Source: a virus (Duplodnaviria; Caudoviricetes). Taken from it: DNA of 64,000 bases. The notes beneath the pieces were generated by a model. That model searched no databases. It saw nothing but the letters and a program-made list of their open reading frames with translations, and was not told where the DNA came from. Within the stretch, counting starts at the first letter, position 1, and every line of letters starts with the position of its first letter. Below, in pieces: positions 21,317 through 32,465 of this stretch. The DNA lies in the IMG/VR virus record IMGVR_UViG_3300033121_001571; one strand, given 5' to 3'. The position numbers and the translations under genes were made by a program.

Positions 21317-22372
21317 TTACATGGTCTTAATCTTTGTCAAGACATCATTGATTCTTTGCACAAGTGGATGGTTCTCAGGAACACCACCTGACAGTGCTGT
21401 CTTGATCTGCGCAGACAACATCTTGATATACAATTCTTTTAAAGAATTCTTTGTTGCATCAAGTATAGTTTTCTCAGCTTTGTTTCGCTCGTTTTCAGGA
21501 ATTTGTTTGAGTTTTTCTAACTCTGGAATCGGTTTACCGGCGACAGATTGTAACTGTTGCAAGTTGTTTGCAGACAAGACAGATCTTGCGTGTTTGAGTG
21601 CATCATCAAGCGTTTTATTGACGATCTTTTGTCCGTCTCTAGCTATGTCTTTGACAACGTCTGAGTTACGAAGCATCTTTTGAACTTTTTCGTTATTGAC
21701 CAAATCGTACATAGATTCAATTTTGTTACTCTTGTCTTCAACAATTCTAGAACCAACATTGAACGTTGACTCAAATGGAAGTCCTTCGCCTTCGCCACCA
21801 AATCCAAATCTGTCAGAAACTTTTACGTGATTGAAGTCTTTACCAGGTCGGTGTCTGACTTTTTCAATCACGTTGTCTAGTTTACCACCTGTCAATACGC
21901 TAAGAAGTCGTGCTGCGACGAGAGGAGATTTTTTAGCTAAAAAACCAGTCACAAGCAAGTCAGGTCTGTACATAAAAGCAGCAACGAGAACATCGTTATC
22001 CATGAATGCTTCCCAAGTGTCAGCGTACACTTGTGCATACTGTTGCCTGATTGTACTTATAGCTTTTCTTTCGTTGGCGAAGATATCATCAAAGCTATCT
22101 CTCAAGACTGGAATCATAACAGTCACTAAACTCTCGAATGCAACGTGTGCAAGAGTCATAGCTCTTTGAGAGATCTCTTTTGTTGCACCAGCTGCAACCT
22201 TGAATACGTCAGTGAAAGGTTTTATAAAGACAGCATACAGTGTCTTTGGACTGGCAAAGTGAGCACCGTACGGTCCATACATTGCATCAGACAAGTACAG
22301 ATCACCGTACCCATCATCCTCTAACAGGATCTCACCAATAGCTTCTTTTAAGAGGCGTTCTTTATTCGTCAC
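21317..22372 (-). CDS. Hypothetical protein with leader motif (virion candidate)
   Basis: MTNKERLLKEAIGEILLE; AATACTTA box 5 nt upstream. Confidence 0.75.
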   Translation of the reverse strand: MTNKERLLKEAIGEILLEDDGYGDLYLSDAMYGPYGAHFASPKTLYAVFIKPFTDVFKVAAGATKEISQRAMTLAHVAFESLVTVMIPVLRDSFDDIFANERKAISTIRQQYAQVYADTWEAFMDNDVLVAAFMYRPDLLVTGFLAKKSPLVAARLLSVLTGGKLDNVIEKVRHRPGKDFNHVKVSDRFGFGGEGEGLPFESTFNVGSRIVEDKSNKIESMYDLVNNEKVQKMLRNSDVVKDIARDGQKIVNKTLDDALKHARSVLSANNLQQLQSVAGKPIPELEKLKQIPENERNKAEKTILDATKNSLKELYIKMLSAQIKTALSGGVPENHPLVQRINDVLTKIKTM

Positions 22373-22621
22373 TCAAGTAAGTATTTGCTTTGATCTCTGC
22401 GAGGATATCGTCGTACGATGATATTTTGACTGTTTGTTTATTTGTGAGCAATTTCCATAATTGCAAGATCTGATCTCTAACTTTTTCGTTACTCAACAAA
22501 CGTCTCTTGTTAACTTTGACAAGATTATTGAGCTCTTTTTTCAAATAGTACCAATCGTCGATCTCTTTTGCAAAAGAGCTCAAAAACTCAACAGCAACGT
22601 AGATGTCATCATCTATGTCAT

Positions 22622-23083
22622 CTATGAGTTTTTTTTTGTAGTTTCACGTTTCTTGATAGCGCTCACAGCACCCATGATCAAGTTTTTTTGATATCTCACA
22701 ATCTGAGGAAGATCTTGCACGTCAAACCACTTTGCATCTGCGACTTCACAGTCTACGTGATTAATGTGCGGTTCACAACTTGTTTCATCAACAGGAACCG
22801 CAAACCATACGTGAACGTGTTTAGTTTCGTCTTGCCTGACGTTCACTATAGTAGTGATAAAGTTTTCTAAATTGATCTTGACGCCAGTCTCTTCAAACAC
22901 TTCACGCCGCGCTGCATCTTCAAGCTGTTCATTTTCGTTTTTTCTACCCTTTGGTATACTCCACTTCGTAGAATCCTCAAATTGTTTGATCAATAAGACC
23001 TGCTGTGAATTTCCTTTGTCTCTCCACACAACAGCACCACAAGAATTTAAGATCTTGCTGGGTTTAGCCTTTTCCGTTTTCAT
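22622..23083 (-). CDS. NUDIX hydrolase (Ap4A hydrolase-like)
   Basis: SCGAVV, WSIPKG, AARREVFEETGV; TATTCT -10 box 6 nt upstream. Confidence 0.9.
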   Translation of the reverse strand: MKTEKAKPSKILNSCGAVVWRDKGNSQQVLLIKQFEDSTKWSIPKGRKNENEQLEDAARREVFEETGVKINLENFITTIVNVRQDETKHVHVWFAVPVDETSCEPHINHVDCEVADAKWFDVQDLPQIVRYQKNLIMGAVSAIKKRETTKKNS

Positions 23084-23112
23084 TGTAAGAGAATACTGTA
23101 CACAGCGTAAAA

Positions 23113-23619
23113 CTACACTCGAAGCAAACGTTCATAGATCTCTATTTTTTCTTTCTGCGAAAGAAAATCACTCATGTTAAGACAAAAACTACGACAATCT
23201 TGTGCAGACAACATGCGTCTGATCTTTGTTCCACTAGTGTTGTGTGTAGATTTTCTATCTACACATAAAAAATGCATGTTTGACTTAGGAAGAAACTTGT
23301 GTTTATATGCATTAGAATCAGTTATGTCAGAGTACACAACAAAATCTTCGTAAGGTTTAGACTCTATGTATTCAATCATGTCCTTGACTGGATTTCCACA
23401 GAATTTTACTTCTACGTTCTTGGGAAGAATCTTTAACAGATAATCTTGCCAAATTTCCATCATAACTGATCCAGATATCACAAACTCATTTTTTCTTTTA
23501 CGATCAGCCATTGACACAAAAACAACAACTCCCTCAGAGTCTTTTGATGCCAATCTAACAAGCAGATCGTGACCTTTGTGATATGGTTTAGCAGACATAA
23601 CGATTAGGCCTTTTGACAC
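23113..23619 (-). CDS. Cytidylyltransferase-like (HxGH) nucleotidyltransferase
   Basis: KPYHKGH and TSGTKIR motifs. Confidence 0.8.
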   Translation of the reverse strand: MSKGLIVMSAKPYHKGHDLLVRLASKDSEGVVVFVSMADRKRKNEFVISGSVMMEIWQDYLLKILPKNVEVKFCGNPVKDMIEYIESKPYEDFVVYSDITDSNAYKHKFLPKSNMHFLCVDRKSTHNTSGTKIRRMLSAQDCRSFCLNMSDFLSQKEKIEIYERLLRV

Positions 23620-24704
23620 TTTAACCTCGTTGAATCAAATCGAAGGTTTAACCTACCGTTTGCAATTCCAGCAAACGAAAACGCATCATAGTCAACTGGT
23701 TCAACAAAAATATATCCCCTGTCAAACGTGAGAAAAACTCCATCAGTGTTTGAAAACACTTTATTGATATCAACGCTTATGAATTCATTAATAAACTTCG
23801 TTGCATCGACGAACGCTTCGTGACTCAGCTGTTTTGCAGAGTTTTTAATCGTTTGATTACCAACAGTGATCAATTTTGAAACTTCTTTTAACAAGGTACA
23901 CAATTTCACTAAAGTACCAAACCATAGCGCTGTACAGCTTGATATCTCTTCACCTTTTTCTTCTAGAAAACTAGAAACATATTCAATAACTTTCAATTCT
24001 TTTGGTGAGTTTTCTGGCGAGTGTAAAACGTTGTTAACAAATGATTTGAGTTGTGATATTAGATCTGCCATCTTTTGAAAAGATTCATACATTGCAACAT
24101 TTCCCTTAGAACCACAACGAATAGCAGATCTGAAATTTTCAAGATATTTTACTTCAAACTTCTTGTGACTGACCAAGAGATCAAAGCTATACATGCCTCC
24201 CATAGTTTTCCCGCCAAACAACGTTGCAAGTCTTTCTTCTCCAGGACCACATCCAACAGAATCTAAACTTGATCTAAGAGGAACACTAAGAGACTCTTCT
24301 GGCCAATCATAAAATCGTAAAGAATCTAACGTGTTAACATCTAATAGTTCTTCAGTCTTAAAGAAAAACTCTTCTTCAGAACTTTCTTCTATAGAGACGT
24401 TGTAATCAATCACTTCAGGACAAAACACAGAATAATCTTTTCTAGAACGATTCAAATTCTTCAGAAGCGTTTCCTCTTTCTTCTGAAGAATTTTTTTATC
24501 AAACACGTGCTTTTCCTTGATAGATCTAGCGACTTTTGAAACTGATGACAGTTTTAGACCGTGAAATCTCAATTCATTTTCAAGATTTGTTTTGATCTCT
24601 TGCTGTTGTCTGTATAACAACAGATCTTGAACAGTCTTTTCATAGTGTTCTTTTGCTATCTTAGATTCTTTTTCATAGTATTTTCCAAAGTTTGTTTCTA
24701 GCAC
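23604..24704 (-). CDS. Hypothetical protein, possible PD-(D/E)XK nuclease-like domain
   Basis: GPGEERLA...SFDLL...FEVK pattern. Confidence 0.5.
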   Translation of the reverse strand: MLETNFGKYYEKESKIAKEHYEKTVQDLLLYRQQQEIKTNLENELRFHGLKLSSVSKVARSIKEKHVFDKKILQKKEETLLKNLNRSRKDYSVFCPEVIDYNVSIEESSEEEFFFKTEELLDVNTLDSLRFYDWPEESLSVPLRSSLDSVGCGPGEERLATLFGGKTMGGMYSFDLLVSHKKFEVKYLENFRSAIRCGSKGNVAMYESFQKMADLISQLKSFVNNVLHSPENSPKELKVIEYVSSFLEEKGEEISSCTALWFGTLVKLCTLLKEVSKLITVGNQTIKNSAKQLSHEAFVDATKFINEFISVDINKVFSNTDGVFLTFDRGYIFVEPVDYDAFSFAGIANGRLNLRFDSTRLKCQKA

Positions 24705-25732
24705 CTAGCGTACCTGTCAATTCCCATGATTTGATTTAGAGCAGAAAATGACCCTGTCATCTTGTAAAAAGATCCAGCATGTTTAAAAACTAGACCCTCT
24801 ATAGCAGATATTTTGCTTAGTTTTTTGATCTGTTTTTCTAAAACAATTGTGTGTTGTTCTATGTCTTTTGACTTAACATACTCCACTTTTTGTTTTAAGT
24901 TATTCTCTAAAGTTATGATCTGCAAAGACGGTTCTGATATTAACTCAGAAGCATTGTTAACCAACACCTCTGATGTAAAAGCTGAGTTTATCACGTCTAA
25001 TTGAAAAAGTATGTCTCTGACATCTTTGTTAGTTTTCAAAAAGTGTTCAGAAAACCTGATGCCTGGAACTGCTGACAACAACAAGTCACCAATAGCATCA
25101 TTTTCTGTCACATCATACTTGATCAAGAAGTTAGTTAACTGTTTTTTCGCTCTTGCAAAGTATTTTTCTTTGCACCCGTTAAATGTCTTGTTTGTGTGTT
25201 TAAGAACACAGTGATTTTTAGTTGCTATTTCTTTGCAGTTAGCAAAGAACTCATTCGTAGAAAAAGTCTCTAGTTCAAAATCTTCATTTATGATTGTTTC
25301 GTGTACAACTACACAGTCAACATCGTACTTCAATATATTGACAGATCTTGAATCTATGATATCAGCAGAATACCACGTCTTGTGATTATCTCTTAGAAAA
25401 GCTTGATTTCTTTCATCAAATGTTAACTTGACAAAAGTTCTATTGAGTTTTTTTGCACCCTCAAGAAACGTTTCTCTTAAGTGATCTCTATCAGGAAGTC
25501 TAGATGCAATCTCTTCTTTTGAGACTCCTCCGATTTTAGTATCTGTCTTATTTCTTGCAAAAACTAAAGACTTTAAATCATCTGATGCTGTGAAACACAA
25601 ATTTAATCCATCAAACTTCTCAGTGGCTGTTAATTTCCCTTGCTGAGCTTGCGAATACAATTCCAACAAAGAACTGAATTTAAGATTCACATCTTCCCAA
25701 AGGTGGGAGATGTGGCCAGCTAAACCACCCAT
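24698..25732 (-). CDS. Ligase-superfamily nucleotidyltransferase-like phage protein
   Basis: MGGLAGHISH start; TEKFDG (motif I), EGLVF (motif IV), YKMTG (motif V). Confidence 0.7.
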   Translation of the reverse strand: MGGLAGHISHLWEDVNLKFSSLLELYSQAQQGKLTATEKFDGLNLCFTASDDLKSLVFARNKTDTKIGGVSKEEIASRLPDRDHLRETFLEGAKKLNRTFVKLTFDERNQAFLRDNHKTWYSADIIDSRSVNILKYDVDCVVVHETIINEDFELETFSTNEFFANCKEIATKNHCVLKHTNKTFNGCKEKYFARAKKQLTNFLIKYDVTENDAIGDLLLSAVPGIRFSEHFLKTNKDVRDILFQLDVINSAFTSEVLVNNASELISEPSLQIITLENNLKQKVEYVKSKDIEQHTIVLEKQIKKLSKISAIEGLVFKHAGSFYKMTGSFSALNQIMGIDRYARC

Positions 25733-25893
25733 ATTAACTTATTTTTGCATTTGCTAATATCTCTAACATAGCTAGTTTCACGTGTTGCTCAGTGATTTCA
25801 CCCTCAACGCTATATCGTTTTTTTATCAACTCTTTAAACTTATCTGTAACTTCAACAACGTACTGCTTGTCATCAACCTTTATTGAAAACAAG

Positions 25894-27297
25894 TTACCTC
25901 TTTTTCGGAACAATTGGTGTTGGTGCAGCAGTGTCTTCTTTTTCTGTAGAAGTCTTTGTAGAGGACTTTTCAGGAGAAGAAACTCTGATCACGTTTGGTT
26001 TGATAGATTTCTTTTGTGATTTTTTAGTAGAATCTATCTTTGTGTTTGCAGGAGGATCTTCTGGCGTTGGAACCTGATTTCCAGGAACTTCCCCAGTGAC
26101 TATCTGGGCAATTCCTTTCAAAAATGCTAAGAGAGCTATCTTTTCTGACTTATTCATAGAGTCAATGTATTGTTCCATAGCACTCTTAACTGCGGAGTCT
26201 CTAAATGATCTACCAGAGCGTATGATATTCAATTTTTCAACAATATCATCGTATTCTACGTTACCAGTTTTTAGAATCTCTACATCGCTTTGAAATGACT
26301 TTGAGCTACCATTTTTACTCTCTTGGTCATTTTCTGCAGGTAGGTGTGCAGACTGCTTTTCTTTCTCTTCTAGACCATTCCTGTAGAGCTTTGCTCTGTT
26401 AGATACAGCATCCTCAAGCAGAGAATCAAATATTTTTTGTATGTCACTCACTTTGATCTCCTGTTAAATGAGATTCTATTTTGTGGCAATTCTCTGTATT
26501 TTTTAGCGTACACTCTGTTCGGAGAATCTTCTACAAAGACTTTTTTCCTTGAAGACTCTTCTAACAGAATTTTGTCTACAAATTTATCAAATGAAACAGT
26601 CTTATCATCTACGCTTTCTTTGTAAAGAAAGTCTAAAGTAACCTCATCAGGTTCTTCATCTACATCAGGTTGAAAATCTGTGTCTTCTTCTTCAGAATAA
26701 TCTCTGTTATTGGGACAGCTTGGAGACTCACAGTATCCACCCAACTCATACTCACAACCACAAAACTCACAAACTTCGTTATCCATTGCAAACCTAAGTA
26801 TTGTCAACAGTTCTATGCTAATTGGTCAATTACGTTTGCGTTGAGTGATTTGTTTCGTTAACTGTTTGTGTGTTCTTTTCTTGAACAGGAATTTGTTAGA
26901 AGCTAGTTTGTAACTTGCGATAAATCCCAGCCATGTTTATTAAACACATGTCTTCTAAAACATTGATATCTTTGATTTCAAAATCTGAAACTGAAAACTT
27001 GTATTCATATTTCTCTTGTTTACTTGATATTAACAGTGTCATTGTTGAATACAAAGAACTTTGAACTAATTTCAGAGTGTTAAGCGCTGTGTTGATATCA
27101 GTTTTAATCTTTAGTGATAATATGCCCAAAGTATCAACTACATTTACAGCAACGTCCTTTAACACTCCAGAGCAAATTTGTGTTCCATTTTGGTCTACTA
27201 TTGTACCAAGTATCGCAATGTCTTGAATATCAATTTCATTGAAGTCTTTATTTTCATAAATCGAATCTTCTAATAACTCACGTTTATTGCTTTGCAC
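25894..27297 (-). CDS. Three hypothetical ORFs (25894, 26448, 26896)
   Basis: Co-oriented; 26448 has a CxxC..CxxxxC Zn ribbon and an acidic tract. Confidence 0.6.
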
Positions 27298-27311
27298 ATT
27301 GCAAATTTACG

Positions 27312-27668
27312 TCATGAGTCGTTAATGTACATAGCATCAACGTGTAATTCATCTAAGAAAACTGATAGTTCTTTATCAAGATCAGTAACTTTGGCAACAC
27401 TCTCAGACGAAAGAACAACTGTCACAGAATCTTTCTTAAGAATTATTGCTTTCGCATAGTGTTGCATCTCTTGTTCTTTGTCTATCAACGTAGAAACAAA
27501 GTACTTTCTTTGTTCTGACGTTCTCAACATAAATCTCTTCATCATATTACCGTCAGATATGTCCCATTTTTCTTTTGCAACAATGACAGGACGTTTTTTA
27601 GCAGTGATAACACTAGATTCTAAGATAGACTTTGCATACTCTTTTCTAAAGTTTTCAAAGTTGTTCAT
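27312..27668 (-). CDS. Pterin-4a-carbinolamine dehydratase (PCD)-like protein
   Basis: W...G.M.KRF....FV......QH.A.....VTV.L......VTDLD.ELS..LD pattern; catalytic His residues partly substituted. Confidence 0.6.
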   Translation of the reverse strand: MNNFENFRKEYAKSILESSVITAKKRPVIVAKEKWDISDGNMMKRFMLRTSEQRKYFVSTLIDKEQEMQHYAKAIILKKDSVTVVLSSESVAKVTDLDKELSVFLDELHVDAMYINDS

Positions 27669-28423
27669 AACAGAACTAAACCCCCAACAACACAAGCTTC
27701 TGAGAACGATGAACCGTAAGATTGAACTTGCATATCTTTAGAGATAACACATGATCCACCTTTAAATCTCAGATCTCTATCAGAACCAACTCTGTTAGAA
27801 ACAATGATGTTAGCGCCAGTTGCTTCTGACAACTCAACCCAAGAACTGTCTGGAAAACCAAATTCAGCACCCCAGTTTGTGAGTAATGCAATAGTGTCAA
27901 CTGAGCCCTTCTTATAAAATCTTTGTTCAGGATCAAAGAATGCATAAGATTCCCTGTATTGATTCATGACATCTCTACATATCAAAGCACCTAGACGACC
28001 AGCTGGAGTGTTAACGCAGATGTTCAAGTTATCAGCTGATTTCGCCCAATTAAGATCAGGGCCCCAAAGATTGTGTTTTCTCCAGTTACCTTCAACAGTG
28101 CCTCTGGGCCCGACACACACTGCAGAATTGTACAACTTAGATTCATTAAGCTCTACGTAACCAAAGATGATATGGCAGTTGTAATTCCTAGAGATCTCAG
28201 CTAACGCTTGTGTTTGATATCCATCTTTAGTTTGACACACAAACGATGCTTCAGTGACATTTGACAAAGCTTGTCCTGATATTGCTAACTCTGGTAGAAC
28301 TATTACCTTTGCGCCTTTTGCAGCAGCTTCAAACGACAGCTGCTGTGCAACAGCCAAGTTAGACTCTACGTCTAACACTTTGGGTGCAAATTGCACAGCA
28401 GCTACGATCGTTGTAGAGTTCAA
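27665..28423 (-). CDS. Carbon-nitrogen hydrolase (nitrilase superfamily)
   Basis: VLPE, RKHNL, LICRD: Glu-Lys-Cys triad. Confidence 0.92.
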   Translation of the reverse strand: MNSTTIVAAVQFAPKVLDVESNLAVAQQLSFEAAAKGAKVIVLPELAISGQALSNVTEASFVCQTKDGYQTQALAEISRNYNCHIIFGYVELNESKLYNSAVCVGPRGTVEGNWRKHNLWGPDLNWAKSADNLNICVNTPAGRLGALICRDVMNQYRESYAFFDPEQRFYKKGSVDTIALLTNWGAEFGFPDSSWVELSEATGANIIVSNRVGSDRDLRFKGGSCVISKDMQVQSYGSSFSEACVVGGLVLL

Positions 28424-28429
28424 AGAACC

Positions 28430-29140
28430 TCACTCGTTACGTTCTTCACGAATATATGTTGAAAGAAATTCTCTAAACCCATCAAGTTCACGAACAATAT
28501 CTGGGTTATTCAACATCAATTCATACTCTTCAGGCTCAACTTCACCGCTAGAGTAGAGAAGATCAATGTAGTCTTTCATTGCTCGAAGAACCATTATCTC
28601 AAATTCTTCTCTTGCTCCGGGCTCGAAGTCTGTCATCTGTTGTGCAATCCACTGAGCTTTCTTCATAGCCTTATCAACAGCTTGCTTTGCACCAGCGACT
28701 GAAAATCCTAACTCCTTTGCAATGTCAGCAAAAGTGTCACCACCAACGTCTACCGCAGTGTCAAATTTTCGTCTCTTATAATCTCTCTCATCGCCGAGGC
28801 CCTCATCACCGAGATTCTCTTTAATGATCTTTCTTACTTCGGCTCTGATAAGAGCCTCAAGCTTTGGATCAACATTGCTCTTTTTCATGTCGTCGTCATC
28901 CCTAGTCAATTTTGTTAGAGTCTTGAAGACAACAGGAACGTCTTCATCTTCTACACGCTTAATTATGTCGCTTAACGCAACACTTAACTCCATTTTGTCT
29001 TGTGGTATTAAACGTGAGTACGGTTTAGACAGTTGTTGAAGTTTATCAACAACGTTATTTGGTTCAACGGGTAAACTTGTCAGCTCTTTCTTTTCTAAGA
29101 GATTCTTGACAACAGATCTAACAAATTTATCGCTGAACAT
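28430..29140 (-). CDS. Protein with helix-turn-helix (sigma region 4-like)
   Basis: TFADIAKELGFSVAGAKQAVDKA; internal LEALIRAEVRKIIKE leader-like motif. Confidence 0.6.
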   Translation of the reverse strand: MFSDKFVRSVVKNLLEKKELTSLPVEPNNVVDKLQQLSKPYSRLIPQDKMELSVALSDIIKRVEDEDVPVVFKTLTKLTRDDDDMKKSNVDPKLEALIRAEVRKIIKENLGDEGLGDERDYKRRKFDTAVDVGGDTFADIAKELGFSVAGAKQAVDKAMKKAQWIAQQMTDFEPGAREEFEIMVLRAMKDYIDLLYSSGEVEPEEYELMLNNPDIVRELDGFREFLSTYIREERNE

Positions 29141-29143
29141 AGA

Positions 29144-29419
29144 TCACTTTCCGTACTTAGCGTCAGTCCACCTTCTACCAAAATACAAAGTTAACACTGG
29201 CGTCAAGTAAGACGCACACGCAGCGCTGTCAAACGGTCTTATTGCGACTGGTCCGATCTTTTCAAACATCGAAACAAAATAAACGATAGTTGTGATGACA
29301 AAAGCTATAGTTGCAAACGTAACTGTCACAGAACCATTACCATTTGAGTCTTGGATCCAAAACCAATTGTCTTTAACAACTGGCACATCTAATTCTTGTG
29401 TTTCTTGCTCGTCAACCAT
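29144..29419 (-). CDS. Two-TM small membrane protein (holin candidate); start revised to ATG 29419
   Basis: Two hydrophobic helices, basic C-terminus YFGRRWTDAK; GATATTTA box 5 nt upstream. Confidence 0.55.
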   Translation of the reverse strand: MVDEQETQELDVPVVKDNWFWIQDSNGNGSVTVTFATIAFVITTIVYFVSMFEKIGPVAIRPFDSAACASYLTPVLTLYFGRRWTDAKYGK

Positions 29420-29434
29420 GCTTATAAATATCAC

Positions 29435-30330
29435 TTACTTCATTGATATAGCGATTGCAATCACAGCAGTTAGAGCAACACCAGCACCAACAGCAAAACT
29501 TCCAATTGCCCAAGGCAAAACGTCTGGCTTGTTCTCTGCTTTTTTGAGTGCATCATTGACTATCTTTAACTCATCAATTTTGCTTTGAAGCGCTGATTGT
29601 AACAATTTGTTGTCAGCTTCTAACCTAGTTTTCATCTCTGATAACTTTAGTTCAGCCGAAGCACGTTCATCAGCTAACGCTTTTTCTGTCACGATCTTTA
29701 CTTTTTCATCATAAGAATCAAGTTCTGCCATGATCTGTGCAACTGCTTTTGGCGATAAAAGCAAACCTGAAAATGGAGCAACTTGGTATTTTTTCATAGG
29801 TGAAATAGCCTTACCTACATCTTGTTCACCAGGAGAAGCTTCGACTTTTGGAAGTTGAACATCTTCTGCGTATGAAACACTAGAAAACATAAATGACACT
29901 GCAAACATTATGGTAACTAAAAACTTTTTCACTTTGGATCCTTTGGTACAATCACGACAAAACCTGTCTTCTCTGCAAGAGCTTTTGCAAGACCATCGGG
30001 ATCATCTTTATATTTTTCAACTATCACAGATTCAGTCTTCTTTTTCTTCTCTTCAAGAGACTTTAAATCTTCTTCATATTTTTCTTGTGCAACTCTAATT
30101 GCATTTGTATAACGTCTAACATTTTCATCGTGCTGCGCTCTTTCATCTGCTAAGATCTTAGAGTTTCTATCTAACTCTTCTTTTCTAAGCTTTTCTAGTT
30201 GATCAACTTTGTCAGAGATCTTTTTTCGAGAAAATAAAAGAGTTATTCCTACCACAAAAGCAACTATTGCACCAGTGATTTCAAGCAACAAACGCCAATA
30301 TTTTTTGAAAAACTCAACAACTTTATTCAA
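29435..30330 (-). CDS. Two membrane-anchored coiled-coil proteins (spanin-like candidates; 29435-29932 and 29929-30330)
   Basis: One has N-terminal TM plus coiled coil; the other has signal peptide, coiled coil and C-terminal TM. Confidence 0.5.
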
Positions 30331-30945
30331 TTTGGTTTCTCTTTCTTCTTTGGAATTTCAAGAACAGCTTTTCCTTGCGCTTGTCGCTGTTTTTCTGCCT
30401 CAATAGAACTAATGATGATATCTTCAACGGTTTTTAGTCTATTTTCAAGAACAGAAAACCGATCAAATATGTTAGTGAAAATTATAGTTGCGTTTGCTAA
30501 ACTCTTAGCTACATTTGCTAGATTGTCGCTAATCTTTTCAACTTCAGACTTGTGAAGTTCAGAAAGTTCCTTGAACTCAGACACAACATCTGTAACTTTT
30601 TTCTCAAGTTCCTCTAACTTTTTTTTGTTCCAAAACATTTTATTCTTGCTTTTCTACGCGAGCACTGATAAGATCATAAAGAAGTTCTTGATCAAGAACA
30701 TCAATGTTGTTATTTTTAACAACTTCTCTAGCTTCTTCAATGGATGATTTTATTTTTTTCATAGAAGCTTTTTTTATCACAGAGTTTGCACTTGACTCGC
30801 CATTAATAACACTCAATGCAAACTCTTCAAACAATTCTTGCATAGAGATTCTGTTTTTAAACAAAACGATTCTAAGTTGAGCGTGCGTATCCTTGTTAAG
30901 TTTTACGTGAATACCTTTTCGATGTTCGTAAAGATTGCACTTCAT
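30327..30945 (-). CDS. Two hypothetical ORFs (30327, 30640; the latter possibly RHH-like)
   Basis: Operon context; IHVKLNKDTHAQLR...SMQELF. Confidence 0.55.
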
Positions 30946-31415
30946 ACGCCTGGAGCACCACCACCTGCAGACGCGCCTGATCTCTCTGCGTCTGGTGCAG
31001 GAAAGTCCTCGTCAGCAATATCTAACGAAGACTTCGATATTGCAAATCCTTGCTTTTTCATCTCATCTTCAAACAGTTTAATGACTTCTTGACTGTATAC
31101 TTTCTTTAAGAAGTTTTTTGCACGTCTCATCACGACGTTTTTGAATTCAATTAAGTTTTCAAAGTTCTCTACAAGTCTGACTACGTCAGTAGCAAACGAT
31201 TCAACGTTTATGTCCTCTTGAGTTTTTTTCTCAACACCTACATCATCTTCTTCTTTCACAGAAGAAGTAGAAGAATCAGACTCAAATTGAGTCAACTTTG
31301 CATCAATTTGAGAGTCTACAGAATCACCCTCTTCTTGAGGCATTTCATCTGTATTTTCTTCCTCTAGAAGCATATTCTCAATCAGACGTTTTAGCGCTTT
31401 TACTTTGATTTTCAC
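30942..31415 (-). CDS. Acidic protein with leader motif
   Basis: MKIKVKALKRLIENMLLE. Confidence 0.7.
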   Translation of the reverse strand: MKIKVKALKRLIENMLLEEENTDEMPQEEGDSVDSQIDAKLTQFESDSSTSSVKEEDDVGVEKKTQEDINVESFATDVVRLVENFENLIEFKNVVMRRAKNFLKKVYSQEVIKLFEDEMKKQGFAISKSSLDIADEDFPAPDAERSGASAGGGAPGV

Positions 31416-32164
31416 TTGAAAACCTCCATAAGAGCCTTTGCTTTATTGACTCTTTCTTCAACGATCTCCCAGTTAATTTGCTTTAACATAGCTACGATAT
31501 AACTCTTTTTATCAGAACCGTAGTCTCTGGCGTACGCATGCTCATGCATATCAACAACTAACACTGGGTAAAAACCAACTTGAACGTCTTGACTATGATT
31601 GCTTATAGTTGCGTTGACGAACTTCTTCAAAAAGATGTTAAATCCGCAGACAGCCCAGCCGTTTCCACAAGCCATAGCACAAGCTATGAACTCGCTCTGC
31701 CAGTCTTCAAACGTTCCCCACTCTCTTTCTAACATGATATAGCTAGAAGAATCCATGTAGATATCAGAGTGTGGATCAAAGCAGTTTGCAAAGTAAAGTT
31801 CGTGCAACCAAACAGCATTCAAGTTGAACGTTTCATCTAACTTCAAAGAACGAAACTTATCATGCCTAGAATTCGTGTTAACTTTATCGGCAGTGTCTAG
31901 TTCTGCAGACACTGAATTTAAAGAATCAATGTAATCAGCATACAATTGAATGTGTGCCTGCTTTGTTTTCTCAGACACAAATTCACTGACTTGTTTGAAT
32001 TGCTTTCTTTGAGCAACGTATGATTCTTTCATATTTTCGTGTTTAATTGCTGGAGACTCTAGATTTTCTGTTGTGATTTTTGCTTTGTTTAGCTCATTCA
32101 CTACAACAGACTCAATGTCTAGAGAGCTTAAAAATTGTTGGATTAAGTCTTTTTTATCTTTCAT
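31412..32164 (-). CDS. sod: Fe/Mn superoxide dismutase-like with N-terminal extension
   Basis: AHIQLY, WLHELYF, GNGW, DMHEHAY metal ligands. Confidence 0.88.
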   Translation of the reverse strand: MKDKKDLIQQFLSSLDIESVVVNELNKAKITTENLESPAIKHENMKESYVAQRKQFKQVSEFVSEKTKQAHIQLYADYIDSLNSVSAELDTADKVNTNSRHDKFRSLKLDETFNLNAVWLHELYFANCFDPHSDIYMDSSSYIMLEREWGTFEDWQSEFIACAMACGNGWAVCGFNIFLKKFVNATISNHSQDVQVGFYPVLVVDMHEHAYARDYGSDKKSYIVAMLKQINWEIVEERVNKAKALMEVFK

Positions 32165-32178
32165 CGTTCTTTCTCTAC

Positions 32179-32457
32179 TTATTCCAACCCATACTCTTTC
32201 TCAAATTCAGGCACTGTCACAGAAAACTCTTTTCCATCAGCTGTCTTAAGAACAACTTCTCTTGGAGAGACTGAAACAACCGTGTATTTCAAGTTAGATT
32301 TCTTGTGAAAAACCTTCAAGTCTGGACTGATCAAAGTTTTTTCGTCTTCAAAGACTTTCAAGTCAATATCATTGACTTCAGCAATCGCTTGAAGCTTTTT
32401 TGCCCACTCTTCTCTAAAGAGAGAAACTATTTTCTCTTCTGTCAAGAGATCTTTCAT
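32179..32457 (-). CDS. Hypothetical protein
   Basis: CATAGTTA box 5 nt upstream. Confidence 0.65.
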   Translation of the reverse strand: MKDLLTEEKIVSLFREEWAKKLQAIAEVNDIDLKVFEDEKTLISPDLKVFHKKSNLKYTVVSVSPREVVLKTADGKEFSVTVPEFEKEYGLE

Positions 32458-32465
32458 GTTAATAA

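Noticed and set aside
5085-23619. NAD reconstitution (NARP-type) anti-defence pathway from PRTase, NUDIX and HxGH transferase
   Set aside because: The genes are unlinked, and I could not recognise a PRPP-synthetase-like or nicotinamide phosphoribosyltransferase-like gene.
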